From positions 580 to 64,579 of the forward strand of contig JACRKB010000128.1 in NCBI GenBank assembly GCA_016235545.1: a stretch of 64,000 nt of DNA. Direction: 5' to 3'. Position numbers and translations under genes: made by a program. The notes under the pieces were generated by a model. That model searched no databases. It saw only the letters and a program-made list of their open reading frames with translations, and had not been told where the DNA came from. The DNA comes from Verrucomicrobiota bacterium (lineage in GTDB: Bacteria; Verrucomicrobiota; Verrucomicrobiia; Limisphaerales; SXTU01). This document shows, piece after piece, positions 34,885 through 45,011 of the stretch. How positions within the stretch are numbered: the first letter of the stretch is position 1; every line of letters begins with the position of its first letter.

Positions 34885-36066
34885 TCAACCTGGTGTGGTG
34901 CGGTTGTGGCCGAACCACTTCACGAGCGCCTTTCGGGCGGGGGTCTCCAGCCACTTCAAAACCAGCACGGAGAACGCGATGGCGGCCAGGACGAAAATAA
35001 TTCTCAGCCCACGCCCCATCTCCGGATCTCCGGTGAGCCTCCGCTTGATCGTCTCGAAATAGGGTAGCAGCGACTCATGGGTGATGTAGAGCGCATAGCT
35101 CGCCTCTCCCAGAAGCGTCATCGGAGCGCAGCCCAGAACGCGGTCGGCTGTGCCCAAGGACAGACAATGAATCAGCCACGCAAAGCACAGCGGGAGCATT
35201 ATCCCACGCGCCACTTCTCCGACGCCGTCGGATTTCCACGCGACGGCCAGCACGCAGGCAGCAACCGCCAGCAGCAGGGCAAACGAATTGCCCGCAACCC
35301 ACTGTATGCTAGATGGCCGGCCAGCCTCCGGGCGTAGGTGGAGCAGTGCGATGCCCAAGGTGAACTCTGACAACCGCAGCAACGGGAAGTTGCTGAAAAA
35401 CGCATACCAGACCGGCGCCTCTTCCCCCGTGTGCAGCTTCCCAAACCCAACGGCTATTTGGGTCACAACGCAAAACACCACCGCCACGCAGAGAGCCGTC
35501 CGGCGGGGAGCAGAAAGGATTGGGCCAAGCAGGAAAGGAAAGCTGACGTAGAAGAACATCTCGACGCTCAGACTCCACGCCGGCGCGTTCCAGCTCAGCG
35601 AATCAGGCGGATACCACGACTGAACCAGCAACAGGTTCAGCAGGCCACGTCGGCTAGCATCGCCGGGCAATTCTGTTTCCGTGAAGATTCTCGCCACCAC
35701 GAACGGCAGGACCATGAGGAAGGCGAGGAGATACACAGGGTAGATTCGCGCGAACCGCATCCAGTAAAACTCAGGCAGAGCAACGCTCTTTCCCAACGTG
35801 TCGCGATAATTGTAGGCCAGAATGAAACCGCTCAACACGAAGAAGAGGCTGACGCTGGAGCGCCCGGTGAAAGCCAGGTTCCCAATGAGTTCGGACACGA
35901 GCTGCGTGGCGCTGGCCCCAAATACTGAACTCACCGACTCGCTGCGCACGAGGGCCGCGAAATCCGCGAACATCCACTGCGCCTCGTGGCCCAGGACCAC
36001 ATGGAGGGCGGCCACAAATCTCAGCCCGGTGAGAGCGCCAAGTTTTTCTTTGGGAGTATTGGGCAC
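34885..36066 (-). CDS. Acyltransferase family 3 membrane O-acetyltransferase (OafA/WecH-like)
   Basis: 393 aa with a GTG start. LTGLRFVAALHVVLGHE is the family N-terminal motif. About 10 TM helices. Confidence 0.8.
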   Translation of the reverse strand: MPNTPKEKLGALTGLRFVAALHVVLGHEAQWMFADFAALVRSESVSSVFGASATQLVSELIGNLAFTGRSSVSLFFVLSGFILAYNYRDTLGKSVALPEFYWMRFARIYPVYLLAFLMVLPFVVARIFTETELPGDASRRGLLNLLLVQSWYPPDSLSWNAPAWSLSVEMFFYVSFPFLLGPILSAPRRTALCVAVVFCVVTQIAVGFGKLHTGEEAPVWYAFFSNFPLLRLSEFTLGIALLHLRPEAGRPSSIQWVAGNSFALLLAVAACVLAVAWKSDGVGEVARGIMLPLCFAWLIHCLSLGTADRVLGCAPMTLLGEASYALYITHESLLPYFETIKRRLTGDPEMGRGLRIIFVLAAIAFSVLVLKWLETPARKALVKWFGHNRTTPG

Positions 36067-36102
36067 GAATTGGGTTCGCTGATATCCGCTGAGCGGTGCC
36101 GT

Positions 36103-37332
36103 CTACCGCCAAAGAAGCGGGCTTACCATGAGCTTGACGACCGACGGGACCATCCAGGCCGCCCCGGTCTTCACATCGTAGCTGGGCACGATCAAGGCCG
36201 AGGCCAGCAGCACTATCGCCAGCCCAAACACGAACCGCTGGCCGGCTGCCCGGGCCAGCAGCCCCACCGAAATGATGACCGCCGGAAACGCGTAGGCGAG
36301 GCTGCGAGTGATGTCCACCACTGCCAAGGCCGCCGCCGTTGAAGCCACCACAGCCGCTCCTCCCAGCACCAACAGCGCCCAGCGGCGAGTCGCCCACAAC
36401 CAGGCCGCCGCGAGCCCCACCACCAGCCAGTGCAGCTTGAAGGGTGAGAGGAGGCCGATGGGCAGGCGGTCAAGTCTGGCGGATTGGAAAAATTTCGTCG
36501 CGCTGACATCGCTCTCCGGGCCAAGGGGAAGGTGGAAGCCATGCACCTTCGTGAGCCAAAGTCTCAGCCCCAGCGTCATCGCGACCGCCAGCGGCACCAC
36601 GATGCTGGCGCGGTCCGGCAGCAGCAATTGCCGCCAGCCGTCCGCCAGTCCCTCGCGCAGCTTGATCCACAGGAATGGAAAACTCGCGGCGATGACGGCG
36701 CGTTCATCAATCCAGAACGCGCCGAGCAGACAGGCGAACACCACTCCGGGCACGCGGCACCACATGGCCACCAGCAGGAACACTACAGCCGTGCCATCGA
36801 ACACTCCGAAGAGATCGTGGAAGCAGGCCTGGCCGGGATAGAGGAACGCCGTTCCCAACGTCAGCACCGCAGCGGTGGCCGGGTTCTGCACCAGCTCACG
36901 GAACAACTCGAAGCACAGGACGAAAAACAGGACACCTGCCGCGTATTGCAGGGCGAAGAGGAACAGCATCCGGCCCCGTGGAGTTCCCACCGGCGAAAGT
37001 TTTGCCAGCAGCGGCATCGTGAGGCGGAACACGCGCTTCGACTCGTGCGAAGTGGGTGCCAAGCCCGGCACGGGCGTGAGCGGGTGTGTTGCCTGCTGAT
37101 GGACCACGTCCCAAAGCGGAGGGGTGTCCATCGAGGTCAGCGTCGTAAGATTCGGCGTGGCATACAGGATCGAGCACAGGCTGCAAAATGCCGCCAGCTT
37201 GAGCCGCCACCAGCGGCCCGCCGCCCAGTTGGTGAGCCGTGCCTCCAGCGCGGTCATCAGCCTGTCGAGCCACTGTGTCAGGCTGGCGGCCGCGGAACTG
37301 CCCGGTGTTTGCTCAGGTTGCATCGGTTGCAT
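36103..37332 (-). CDS. Polytopic membrane protein of unknown function (possible second polymerase/ligase-type protein)
   Basis: Start set to ATG 37332, which has a 1-nt TGATG overlap with the upstream gene. 409 aa and at least 10 hydrophobic segments. No recognisable catalytic motif. Confidence 0.5.
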   Translation of the reverse strand: MQPMQPEQTPGSSAAASLTQWLDRLMTALEARLTNWAAGRWWRLKLAAFCSLCSILYATPNLTTLTSMDTPPLWDVVHQQATHPLTPVPGLAPTSHESKRVFRLTMPLLAKLSPVGTPRGRMLFLFALQYAAGVLFFVLCFELFRELVQNPATAAVLTLGTAFLYPGQACFHDLFGVFDGTAVVFLLVAMWCRVPGVVFACLLGAFWIDERAVIAASFPFLWIKLREGLADGWRQLLLPDRASIVVPLAVAMTLGLRLWLTKVHGFHLPLGPESDVSATKFFQSARLDRLPIGLLSPFKLHWLVVGLAAAWLWATRRWALLVLGGAAVVASTAAALAVVDITRSLAYAFPAVIISVGLLARAAGQRFVFGLAIVLLASALIVPSYDVKTGAAWMVPSVVKLMVSPLLWR

Positions 37333-38417
37333 CAGGCCGCTGTTTGGATCTCCGCGAGCGCGCGCTCCAGCCGGTGGAAATAGGCGTAGCCGCTCTGGTG
37401 GCACCGAGCGAGGCCGGCTGCGGCGAGTCGTGCACGGGCGGGTTCATTGCCAATGTAGAACTTCACCTTGTCCACCAGTTCCTCCGGCGTGTCAAAGAAC
37501 TCGGCCTCAACGCCTTCCTGAAAAAACTCGCGGTGTTCATCCGTCCGGTCCGCCAGCAGCAGGCTGCCGGTGGCAGGAATTTCAAACGTGCGCGTGGTGT
37601 GCTGGTCCGGGCACACACGGCGCAGGAAGCCAACGCCAATCTTCGATCCGGTCAGCGCGCGCGCGTAGTCGTCGCCATAGACTTCGTCGCCCTGCAGCGC
37701 GCGGGCGAGTTCCGGCTCACGGCGGAACCGCACCGGCTCGCCACCCGCGAGTTGGCGCAGGATGATGTGGCGGCGAAACGTCCATCGTCCGTCCACCAGA
37801 AAATCCCAGTAGCCGCCCCACACCTTCAACTGCGCGCCGGTAGCAGCCACCGCCGCGAGCAGCTCCTGCCGGCGCGGCTCCCATCCGCCCAGGAAGCCAA
37901 CCTGGCAATTCCAGCGCGGGTCCGGATCAGGCAGGGGTCGGTGCGTCTCATCGCAAAAACCCAACGGCATATAAACCAGCGGGCGACCCAGCGCCGCGTA
38001 GTCGCCCCGTTCGTAGCTTTTGCAGAAGACCAGCACATCGAAACGCCGGATGGCCGCATCCATGAGCCGCGTGCGCTTCCAGTCCAGCGTGAAATATGGG
38101 TCTGGCGTGAAATGCACCAGCCGCGCGCCCGTCCCGCGCAGGACTTCGAGTGTTTCACCGCGCAGATACTCCTGCTTCTCCGCCCACACCAGATCGGGCT
38201 TGAACTCCCGCGCCGCCGCCACGACCCGTGCGTTGATCTCATCAATGATCGAGCCGAAGCCCAGCCGCTTCTGGCATTGCCGACGGAGCCAGGTCGCCCG
38301 CAGCCACGGCTCCACAGTGTGGACGCCGCGGACCTCATGCCCCAGCCGCGCAAACGCGCGCAGACGCATCAGAGAGGTCTGGCCTGGGTCCACCTGCCCG
38401 AGGAAAAGAATCCGCAC
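37332..38417 (-). CDS. CgeB-family / DUF3880-type glycosyltransferase (Glyco_trans_1_2)
   Basis: 361 aa with a GTG start (MRILFLGQV...). The C-terminal GDDYARALTGSKIGVGFLRR...TRTFEIPATGSLLLADRTDEHREFF resembles CgeB-like proteins. Confidence 0.7.
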   Translation of the reverse strand: MRILFLGQVDPGQTSLMRLRAFARLGHEVRGVHTVEPWLRATWLRRQCQKRLGFGSIIDEINARVVAAAREFKPDLVWAEKQEYLRGETLEVLRGTGARLVHFTPDPYFTLDWKRTRLMDAAIRRFDVLVFCKSYERGDYAALGRPLVYMPLGFCDETHRPLPDPDPRWNCQVGFLGGWEPRRQELLAAVAATGAQLKVWGGYWDFLVDGRWTFRRHIILRQLAGGEPVRFRREPELARALQGDEVYGDDYARALTGSKIGVGFLRRVCPDQHTTRTFEIPATGSLLLADRTDEHREFFQEGVEAEFFDTPEELVDKVKFYIGNEPARARLAAAGLARCHQSGYAYFHRLERALAEIQTAA

Positions 38418-38427
38418 AGCAATCTCC

Positions 38428-39546
38428 TCACCCCCCCCGCGCGACCGCCAGAAACACTTCCCTCATCGCCGTGGCATGGCTGGCTGGTGCGCAGTGCTCG
38501 TTCATCCACAGTTTGCCCCGCCGGATGAACTCGGCGCGCTCCTCTGTTCCCAAGGTCAAGGCGCGCTCGATCGCATGTCCCAGATCCTCCGCCGTCTGGC
38601 TCGGGTAGAGGATCCCCCCTTGGGATGCCGCAAGCACTTCGGCGGCGCCCCCTGATCCAGCGAAGGCCACCGGGACGCAGCCCGTGTCCCACGCCTCAAA
38701 GATCACGCGGCCCAGCGGCTCGCGGTGCGACGGCACCACCAGCACCGAGCACTGGCGGAGCGTCGCCAGCGGCTCGCGTTGAAAGCCCAGCCACGCGACG
38801 CTGTCCGTGAGGCCCAGGGCCGCCGTTTTCCGCTGCAACTCCGCCCAGTATTCTTCACCGCTGCCCACCATCGCGCAGCGCGTCGCCAACCCTTGCGCCT
38901 GCCTCCACGCGAGCGCCTCCAGCAGAACGTCCTGTCCTTTAATCGGCACGATGCGGCCAACGCAGGCGATCTGCGGCGAGGAGGCCGGTGGCGACGTGGC
39001 CGGCACCGCGTCCGCCCCAGGCGGCGAGGCATAGGCGTCATAGATCGTGTGCACCGGCAGCCCGCGGAGCGAAGGATGCTTGGCGATCTCCTCCGCAATG
39101 GACTGGCTGATGGCGATGATGCCATGCAGTTCATGGCTTGCCGGCGCCAGCCGGGCCAGATACTCGGCGTCCTCGAAAATCCGCACATGAACGACGATGG
39201 GAATGCGGAACAGCCGGGCGGCAACGCGCGCAATCCGGTAGCAGCCGGCCTGGTTCAGGTAGAGCAGGTCAGGACGATGTGCCGCGCACGCACGAATCAG
39301 CCCCAGCAGTGCGGCAAGCCGCGTGAACCGGGACTTCTCATGCAGCCGCTCGATGAAGGTCTCTAGGACGCGAATCCGCAGCCGTGCCAGCTCCGCCACA
39401 ATAGGCGTCGCCGGTGGACAGCAGACCGCCACGTCCATCCCATCAAGGCTGGCCAGCATGTCGAGCAACACCCGCTCCGAACCCCACAGGTTTCCGGCGG
39501 ATTCAAGGACCAGCAATTTTGCGGAGATGGTTGGGATGGATGCCAC
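38428..39546 (-). CDS. Glycosyltransferase family 4 (GT-B)
   Basis: 372 aa with a GTG start. It has LVLESAGNLWGSERVLLDML at the N-terminus and VVPSHREPLGRVIFEAWDTGCVPV at the C-terminus. Confidence 0.8.
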   Translation of the reverse strand: MASIPTISAKLLVLESAGNLWGSERVLLDMLASLDGMDVAVCCPPATPIVAELARLRIRVLETFIERLHEKSRFTRLAALLGLIRACAAHRPDLLYLNQAGCYRIARVAARLFRIPIVVHVRIFEDAEYLARLAPASHELHGIIAISQSIAEEIAKHPSLRGLPVHTIYDAYASPPGADAVPATSPPASSPQIACVGRIVPIKGQDVLLEALAWRQAQGLATRCAMVGSGEEYWAELQRKTAALGLTDSVAWLGFQREPLATLRQCSVLVVPSHREPLGRVIFEAWDTGCVPVAFAGSGGAAEVLAASQGGILYPSQTAEDLGHAIERALTLGTEERAEFIRRGKLWMNEHCAPASHATAMREVFLAVARGG

Positions 39547-39562
39547 AGAGCCTTACCCGCTG

Positions 39563-42500
39563 TCAGTTACCCGTGACCACGTTGTTGGTGCCCGCGCTCT
39601 CTTCAATCCGGAGCGTCAAGGGCGGGAGGGTGTTGTTCGTGATCGTGTTGTGGTTCGCACCGTTGGCGAGCCGGATGGAATAGGAACTGAACGTGGTCAC
39701 GAGGTTGCCAGCCACCATGTTCCCCAGGGCGCCGGGGCCGACCAGGAGAATGGTGCCCCCGCCGTCGGTGATGGTTTCGTTGAACACATTGTTCGTGATC
39801 ACATTGTTGGAGGTGAGACAAAAAACGGAAGAGCCGGCCAGCGTGACGTGGTTGCCCGTCACGATGGCACCTGCCTGCCCGACGTTGGCCGTGTCGCTGA
39901 GCATGATGCCCACCATTGGCTGGGTGCCCGTGATGAGGTTGCCCTCAATCCGGCCCGTGCCCGTGGAGTCGGCCCAGATAACCGCATCGCTCTGCTGGAC
40001 ATCCGTAAAGATGTTGCCCCGCACGAGGAATTCGGTTGCGTCTCCGTTCACCCGCACTCCGAAGCGACAGCCGGTAAAGGTGTTACTGACAATGACGGTG
40101 CCCCGGACCCCAACCGTAGCACCGAGAAAGATCAGCCCCACGGAATTGACGACGTTGGTGAAGCCCGTGAAGATGTTGTTGCTGATGATGGTGTTGTAGG
40201 CCAGACCGTTGACCGCAAAAGTGTCGGCCCGAAGCCCGTCCGAGATGATCATGTTGCCTTCGACCACCACATCGAGATTTGTCTGACCGGAGCCTCCGGT
40301 GACATCCACGTGGTTGCCGTAGTCGCTTATCTGGCCGGGCCGGCGGAGCGTGTTGCCGACGAAGCGGGAGCCATAGACACCTTGGGCGATCTCCAGACAA
40401 CTGGCCGTGCTGCCATCCACCAGGTTGCTACGCCAGAGATTCCAACCATGTGGCACGACACCTGCCCCGTAGTCCTCGCAGGCGGAGCGGGTGGACGTGT
40501 GCGCGGCATCGATGAAGCCGAAGTTGTTCACGATCTGGTTGTTCTCCACCAGGCCGTTGGTCACCCCCGGCCACAGGCCCACGCCCTGGGCCCAGCCGCG
40601 CACCACGTTGCTGCGGATCACCGGACTGGCCGAACCCGCGCAGAAGATCCCATATCCGTGCCCGCCAGGAGTGCCTTGAGGGACGTTGTTGGTGGCTGAG
40701 TTTTCCACCACGCAGTTCTCAATCAGGAAGCCTGGCACGGAAACACCCACAAGGACGCCGTTGTTCGGGGCGTCCCGGACGACGCAGTTGCGCACTGTCA
40801 CGTCCGCTCCGGCCACGCTGATGATTCCATTCACGCCGATCACCGCGCCGGGCAGAACGCTGTAGGCGGAACGCCGGCCATCCACGGTCATCGCCTCGAT
40901 CAAAACATTGCTGCCACCCACGCGGAACACCTGCCCCACGCCGTCCAGCGGTGCGCGGATAATTGTGCGGCCCGCGCCCTGACCACGGACGACGGTATTG
41001 CGCGGCAGTTCAAATGCTCCGTCATAAACTCCCTCGTCCACGGTCACGGTCCCGCCGGTTTCCGGCAGCAGGGTCAGCGCGTAAGCCAAGTTGGTGGAGG
41101 CAATGGTCAACGTGCCGCCCTCAAGCCGGATTCCCGGCAACTGGCCGAGCACCGTGCCGTTCATGCTCAACGGACCGACAAACATCTGGCAGGTGGACGG
41201 CACGATGGCCACAACAGTGTTGCCGGGACCGGGACCGGCCAGGAGAAACGACGGCATGGCGCGCAAAATCAGATTGTTGGTCGCCGTCGTTGTGGCCGCA
41301 CCGTTGACGAGGTGAAACGCGACCGAATTGGCGTCGTAGCCGATGATGACGTTGTTGACGGCGACATTCCGTTCTGCGGCGGGTGACTCGATGCGGACAA
41401 TGCCGGTGTCCGGGAGGCCCGTTTTTTCCAGCCGATTGCCCTCGATGCGATTGTCGGCTGACAGCACGAGCAGGTGCTGCCCGGGCATCGTCACCGTGTT
41501 GCTGGACACCAGAAGGTTCGTGCCCGTCTCAAGTCGAATGCCGGCGGCGTAGTTCGTGGAGAGAATGATGTTTCCAACGATCTGATGAGCGTCGCCACCG
41601 GCGGCGTTGATGGCCACGGCGTTGGAGGCCATCCGGGGAAAACTATTGCTCTGGATCAGGATTCCGCTGCACAAGCCCGTCGTGGTAATGCCCTGCCCGA
41701 AATCGGTGAACTCGTTTCCTGCCACAACCCCATTGGTCACGCCGGTGGCCAGCACGATGCCCTGCCCCCAGCCTCGCACGAGGTTGTTTCTCAAGACGGG
41801 CCGCACGGCCTCCTGACATCTCACGCCTACCTGTCGCGCGCCCTCCGTCCCCGCTGGGAGGTTGTTCGTCGCCGTGTTGTAAATTTCGCAGTTCTCCACG
41901 AGCGCATCGCTCGTCGCCGGGAGCAGGGACACACCGTGGTTGATCGCGTTGATCAACCGGCAGTTTCGGATGGACACCCGCGCGCCGGACACGGTGATCA
42001 GGCCATTGATGTCGGCAGCCGCCGGCTGGCTGGCTCGCTGGCCGTCCACTTCCACGCCCTCGATCACCACGTCATCGCCTGCAACGGTGACGGCTTCCGT
42101 CCGCAGGCCGGTGCCGTTCCAGATCGGCGCCAAAACCCGCGTTTGATCCGCCCCCGCACCCCGCAGCGTGACGCGGGAAGGAATCGTCAGCCCCCCGGCA
42201 TACGTCCCCGCCCGCACTGTCACCACGCCGCCTTCCGGCGGCATGCTTGCCACTGCCCCATCGATGGTGGTGTGGTCTCCGCTGCCGGAAGCGTCCACGA
42301 CCATGTGCACCAAATTGTTTGAAAGCACTCCGACGCTGCGCAGGCGGTAAAACCGCGATGCGACTGACATCTGAAGGTGCTGCGCCAGGATGTCGTTGGT
42401 GGCGGCAAGCAAGTTCAGGCCACTCGCGGGCACAAACGTCCAGTTCGTTGCCGGAAAAGTCTCGGCGAACTCCAGCCTGAAGAACCGGCTGCCTTCGACC

Positions 42501-42646
42501 GTCCAGCGCAGCGCGGGGCGGCTGTTCGTGTCCACTTGAATGTTCACTTCTTCGCCCCGAGCCGGACTGAGCAGCCATCCGGCCCACAGGCAAAGCCCCA
42601 CGGCCCAGCGCCGCCATGTGTCACACGCGCTTTGCATCGAACACAT
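39563..42646 (-). CDS. Secreted right-handed parallel beta-helix repeat protein (pectate-lyase fold), internally duplicated
   Basis: 1027 aa with an N-terminal signal-like segment and many N-x-[IV]-x-G/N-N repeats (RNCRLINAINHGV, VENCEIYNTATNN, VRNCVVRDAPNNG, IENCVVENSATNN). Two modules of ~175 aa are clearly paralogous. Confidence 0.8.
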   Translation of the reverse strand: MCSMQSACDTWRRWAVGLCLWAGWLLSPARGEEVNIQVDTNSRPALRWTVEGSRFFRLEFAETFPATNWTFVPASGLNLLAATNDILAQHLQMSVASRFYRLRSVGVLSNNLVHMVVDASGSGDHTTIDGAVASMPPEGGVVTVRAGTYAGGLTIPSRVTLRGAGADQTRVLAPIWNGTGLRTEAVTVAGDDVVIEGVEVDGQRASQPAAADINGLITVSGARVSIRNCRLINAINHGVSLLPATSDALVENCEIYNTATNNLPAGTEGARQVGVRCQEAVRPVLRNNLVRGWGQGIVLATGVTNGVVAGNEFTDFGQGITTTGLCSGILIQSNSFPRMASNAVAINAAGGDAHQIVGNIILSTNYAAGIRLETGTNLLVSSNTVTMPGQHLLVLSADNRIEGNRLEKTGLPDTGIVRIESPAAERNVAVNNVIIGYDANSVAFHLVNGAATTTATNNLILRAMPSFLLAGPGPGNTVVAIVPSTCQMFVGPLSMNGTVLGQLPGIRLEGGTLTIASTNLAYALTLLPETGGTVTVDEGVYDGAFELPRNTVVRGQGAGRTIIRAPLDGVGQVFRVGGSNVLIEAMTVDGRRSAYSVLPGAVIGVNGIISVAGADVTVRNCVVRDAPNNGVLVGVSVPGFLIENCVVENSATNNVPQGTPGGHGYGIFCAGSASPVIRSNVVRGWAQGVGLWPGVTNGLVENNQIVNNFGFIDAAHTSTRSACEDYGAGVVPHGWNLWRSNLVDGSTASCLEIAQGVYGSRFVGNTLRRPGQISDYGNHVDVTGGSGQTNLDVVVEGNMIISDGLRADTFAVNGLAYNTIISNNIFTGFTNVVNSVGLIFLGATVGVRGTVIVSNTFTGCRFGVRVNGDATEFLVRGNIFTDVQQSDAVIWADSTGTGRIEGNLITGTQPMVGIMLSDTANVGQAGAIVTGNHVTLAGSSVFCLTSNNVITNNVFNETITDGGGTILLVGPGALGNMVAGNLVTTFSSYSIRLANGANHNTITNNTLPPLTLRIEESAGTNNVVTGN

Positions 42647-42741
42647 TTTCGCGAAACTAGAGGGCTATGCGCGTGCGAAGCGCTGCGCCCGGAGAGCGTC
42701 GGGCGGCGACTGACGCGAATTGCGCGCGCAGCCAGGGGGCG

Positions 42742-43377
42742 TCATTTGCTGGCCTCCACATACAGCGACTCATTGCGCCGATATTCCGAGTCCTTGAGGA
42801 GTGCCGGGTCCACTCCTTGCATGAAAGAGCACTTCGCGATGTCTTTGAAACCAACCTCAGCTAGCAGGATTCGCATGGTGTTGAAATCGTGGATGAACTG
42901 ATGGCCGTGATTGCGGAACAGGCCATTGATCCTCGCCATCGGTGAAACGTAGAACTCCTGGTAGGGCATCTTCACGTTCTCGCCCTGCTTCTGCCTTTGG
43001 TAGAGGTCGAAATACAGCTCCCCGTCCGGAACGACAATTCTGACCCGACCGCCGGGCTTGAGCAGCCGGTAGAACTCAGCCAGGTTTTTCTTCAAATCAT
43101 CGAGGCTGATATGCTCCAGACAGTGTTCCGTGTAGATCCCCTGGAAGCGGTTCTCAGGGAAAGGATACGCTCGCTTCACAATGTCCCAGCACACTTGGAC
43201 ACCAGGCCGCCACTCCCAATCCAGATTCACAAAAACGTTCTGGTTCACGAACGGTCCGCAGCCTACGTCGAGGTAGTCAAGATGCTTGAAGGACTCCGCA
43301 CTGACGAAGCAGGCGCGGCCGCGGATTAGCGCTCCGATGAAGATTTGAACCTTTGTGTAAGAAGTGATTGCTCTCAT
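42742..43377 (-). CDS. Class I SAM-dependent methyltransferase
   Basis: 211 aa with motif I YLDVGCGP and post-I/II LLKPGGRVRIVVPD. An ATGA overlap links it to the upstream gene. Confidence 0.8.
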   Translation of the reverse strand: MRAITSYTKVQIFIGALIRGRACFVSAESFKHLDYLDVGCGPFVNQNVFVNLDWEWRPGVQVCWDIVKRAYPFPENRFQGIYTEHCLEHISLDDLKKNLAEFYRLLKPGGRVRIVVPDGELYFDLYQRQKQGENVKMPYQEFYVSPMARINGLFRNHGHQFIHDFNTMRILLAEVGFKDIAKCSFMQGVDPALLKDSEYRRNESLYVEASK

Positions 43378-45011
43378 GGATTCTTTGAGTTCACCGGACT
43401 GACGAAGCCGGCATCGCCCGAATGGTGAATGACCGCTTCACCAATTATTCCCACCACCTTCCAACCTGATGGCACAGCCGGCGGGGTGCTGACCAAGGCC
43501 ATCGTCGGCTTCGTTTCTGCCGGGTAGGCGACATACACAAACCGCACCGGCTTGGTTTCTCCCGTCCGACGCAGGGCTTCCTCGACTGTGGCGGAGGCGG
43601 ACACTCCGGTCTCGATGCCAAAGCGATATTGCTCGTTGGAGACGAATGCAACTTGGCCGACGGGACTCAGCATCCGCACCAGCTCGGCGCGTGCGCGTTT
43701 GCGCTGCGGCTCGTCCGGCACACGCAGCCGCGTGAAGGATGCAGTGCGCGCCGACTCCGCAAGATTCGCCACGGCGATCACTGCCCCGGCGACCAGCACC
43801 GACGCGCGCAACGCGTGGCGCGCCAGCCCGGTCAGTTCCGCGAGACCCACCTGCGCTGCCAGCCATGCGAACATCAGGAAGAACAGCCCGATCTCCATCC
43901 AGTAACGCGTCTCCACCCAGCCGGTCTTGTCCAGCTTCACCCCGGCGGCGACCGCCGCGATGAAGGTCAAAGAATAAACCACCGCAAAAATCGCCCCTGG
44001 CCCAGCCTCTTCGATTCGTGCGACCAGCCTCCTTAATCGCCCGGCCCGGCCTGCCGGCAACGCCAGCGCTGCGACGATTCCAATCACGGCCAGCCCGAAC
44101 AATCCCAACATCACGACCGCGCGCCCGCTCTCAGTGAAGGCTCCGTGCCGCGGAACGAACAGCCGCCCCAAATCCAGCAGCGATTTCATCACCGCGTCCG
44201 GTGCCGCCAGCCCACCGCTGCCGATCGTGCCGAGCGACAGGTTGCGCAGCAGCCACGGAGCTGCGCCCACGCCGCAGCCCGCCGCCAGCCAGCCGGCGCA
44301 GATGATGCGTCGGCGGAGCGGCCAGTGGCGCAGACACAGCACGCTCGCCACAGCCGCCATCATGAAACCCGGCCCGATGCTTTTCAGATAATACACGCTG
44401 GAGAACAACAGGCCGACCGGGAGGAAAATCGCGTTCGACAGGTTTGCGGTGGTCGCGACGCGATGGAAAAGCACGATTCCGCCAAACGTCACTGCCAGAT
44501 AAAGTCCCTCCGCCATCCACGACTCGATCACCCACCACTGGACCGCGAACAACGCCAAGTAGAGCAACGTGAGGATGATCGAGGCCGCAGCAGAACGCGT
44601 CACCAATCGTGACACCGCGAAGCCGCCCGCCGCCGCCAGCCCCGCGAAGAGCGCAACCAATCCCCGCACCGCAAGCTGGATGTCCACTCCGGCCCACATC
44701 GCGCCGGCCAGAAGCGCAGACATCCCGGGAGGCCAGATGGTGTTGACCTCGAACCTGCCCGCCAGCGGCACCGCACGCCCATCCTCGGCCAATTGCCAGA
44801 CCAGCCAGCCGTGTTGTTGGGACTCCAACAGGCTGCGGGCCGATTCGAGATACGCCACAGAGTCGCCGCTCGGGATGGTCGGCCCGGCGCGCATCCAGAA
44901 CAGGCTCAACGCAAACCCAAGAAGTCCAAACGCCAGCGTCACGAAGCCTGGACGCTGCGCGGCGGCGGCACTGAAGCGGTCCCATGCGGTGACTTCGTTT
45001 GATGCGCTCAT
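43374..45011 (-). CDS. GT-C fold membrane glycosyltransferase (ArnT/PMT family 39/83-like)
   Basis: 545 aa with at least 11 TM helices and an acidic motif in the first loop (PSGDSVAYLESA). It is translationally coupled (ATGA) to an upstream GtrB/ArnC-like GT2. Confidence 0.6.
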   Translation of the reverse strand: MSASNEVTAWDRFSAAAAQRPGFVTLAFGLLGFALSLFWMRAGPTIPSGDSVAYLESARSLLESQQHGWLVWQLAEDGRAVPLAGRFEVNTIWPPGMSALLAGAMWAGVDIQLAVRGLVALFAGLAAAGGFAVSRLVTRSAAASIILTLLYLALFAVQWWVIESWMAEGLYLAVTFGGIVLFHRVATTANLSNAIFLPVGLLFSSVYYLKSIGPGFMMAAVASVLCLRHWPLRRRIICAGWLAAGCGVGAAPWLLRNLSLGTIGSGGLAAPDAVMKSLLDLGRLFVPRHGAFTESGRAVVMLGLFGLAVIGIVAALALPAGRAGRLRRLVARIEEAGPGAIFAVVYSLTFIAAVAAGVKLDKTGWVETRYWMEIGLFFLMFAWLAAQVGLAELTGLARHALRASVLVAGAVIAVANLAESARTASFTRLRVPDEPQRKRARAELVRMLSPVGQVAFVSNEQYRFGIETGVSASATVEEALRRTGETKPVRFVYVAYPAETKPTMALVSTPPAVPSGWKVVGIIGEAVIHHSGDAGFVSPVNSKNP

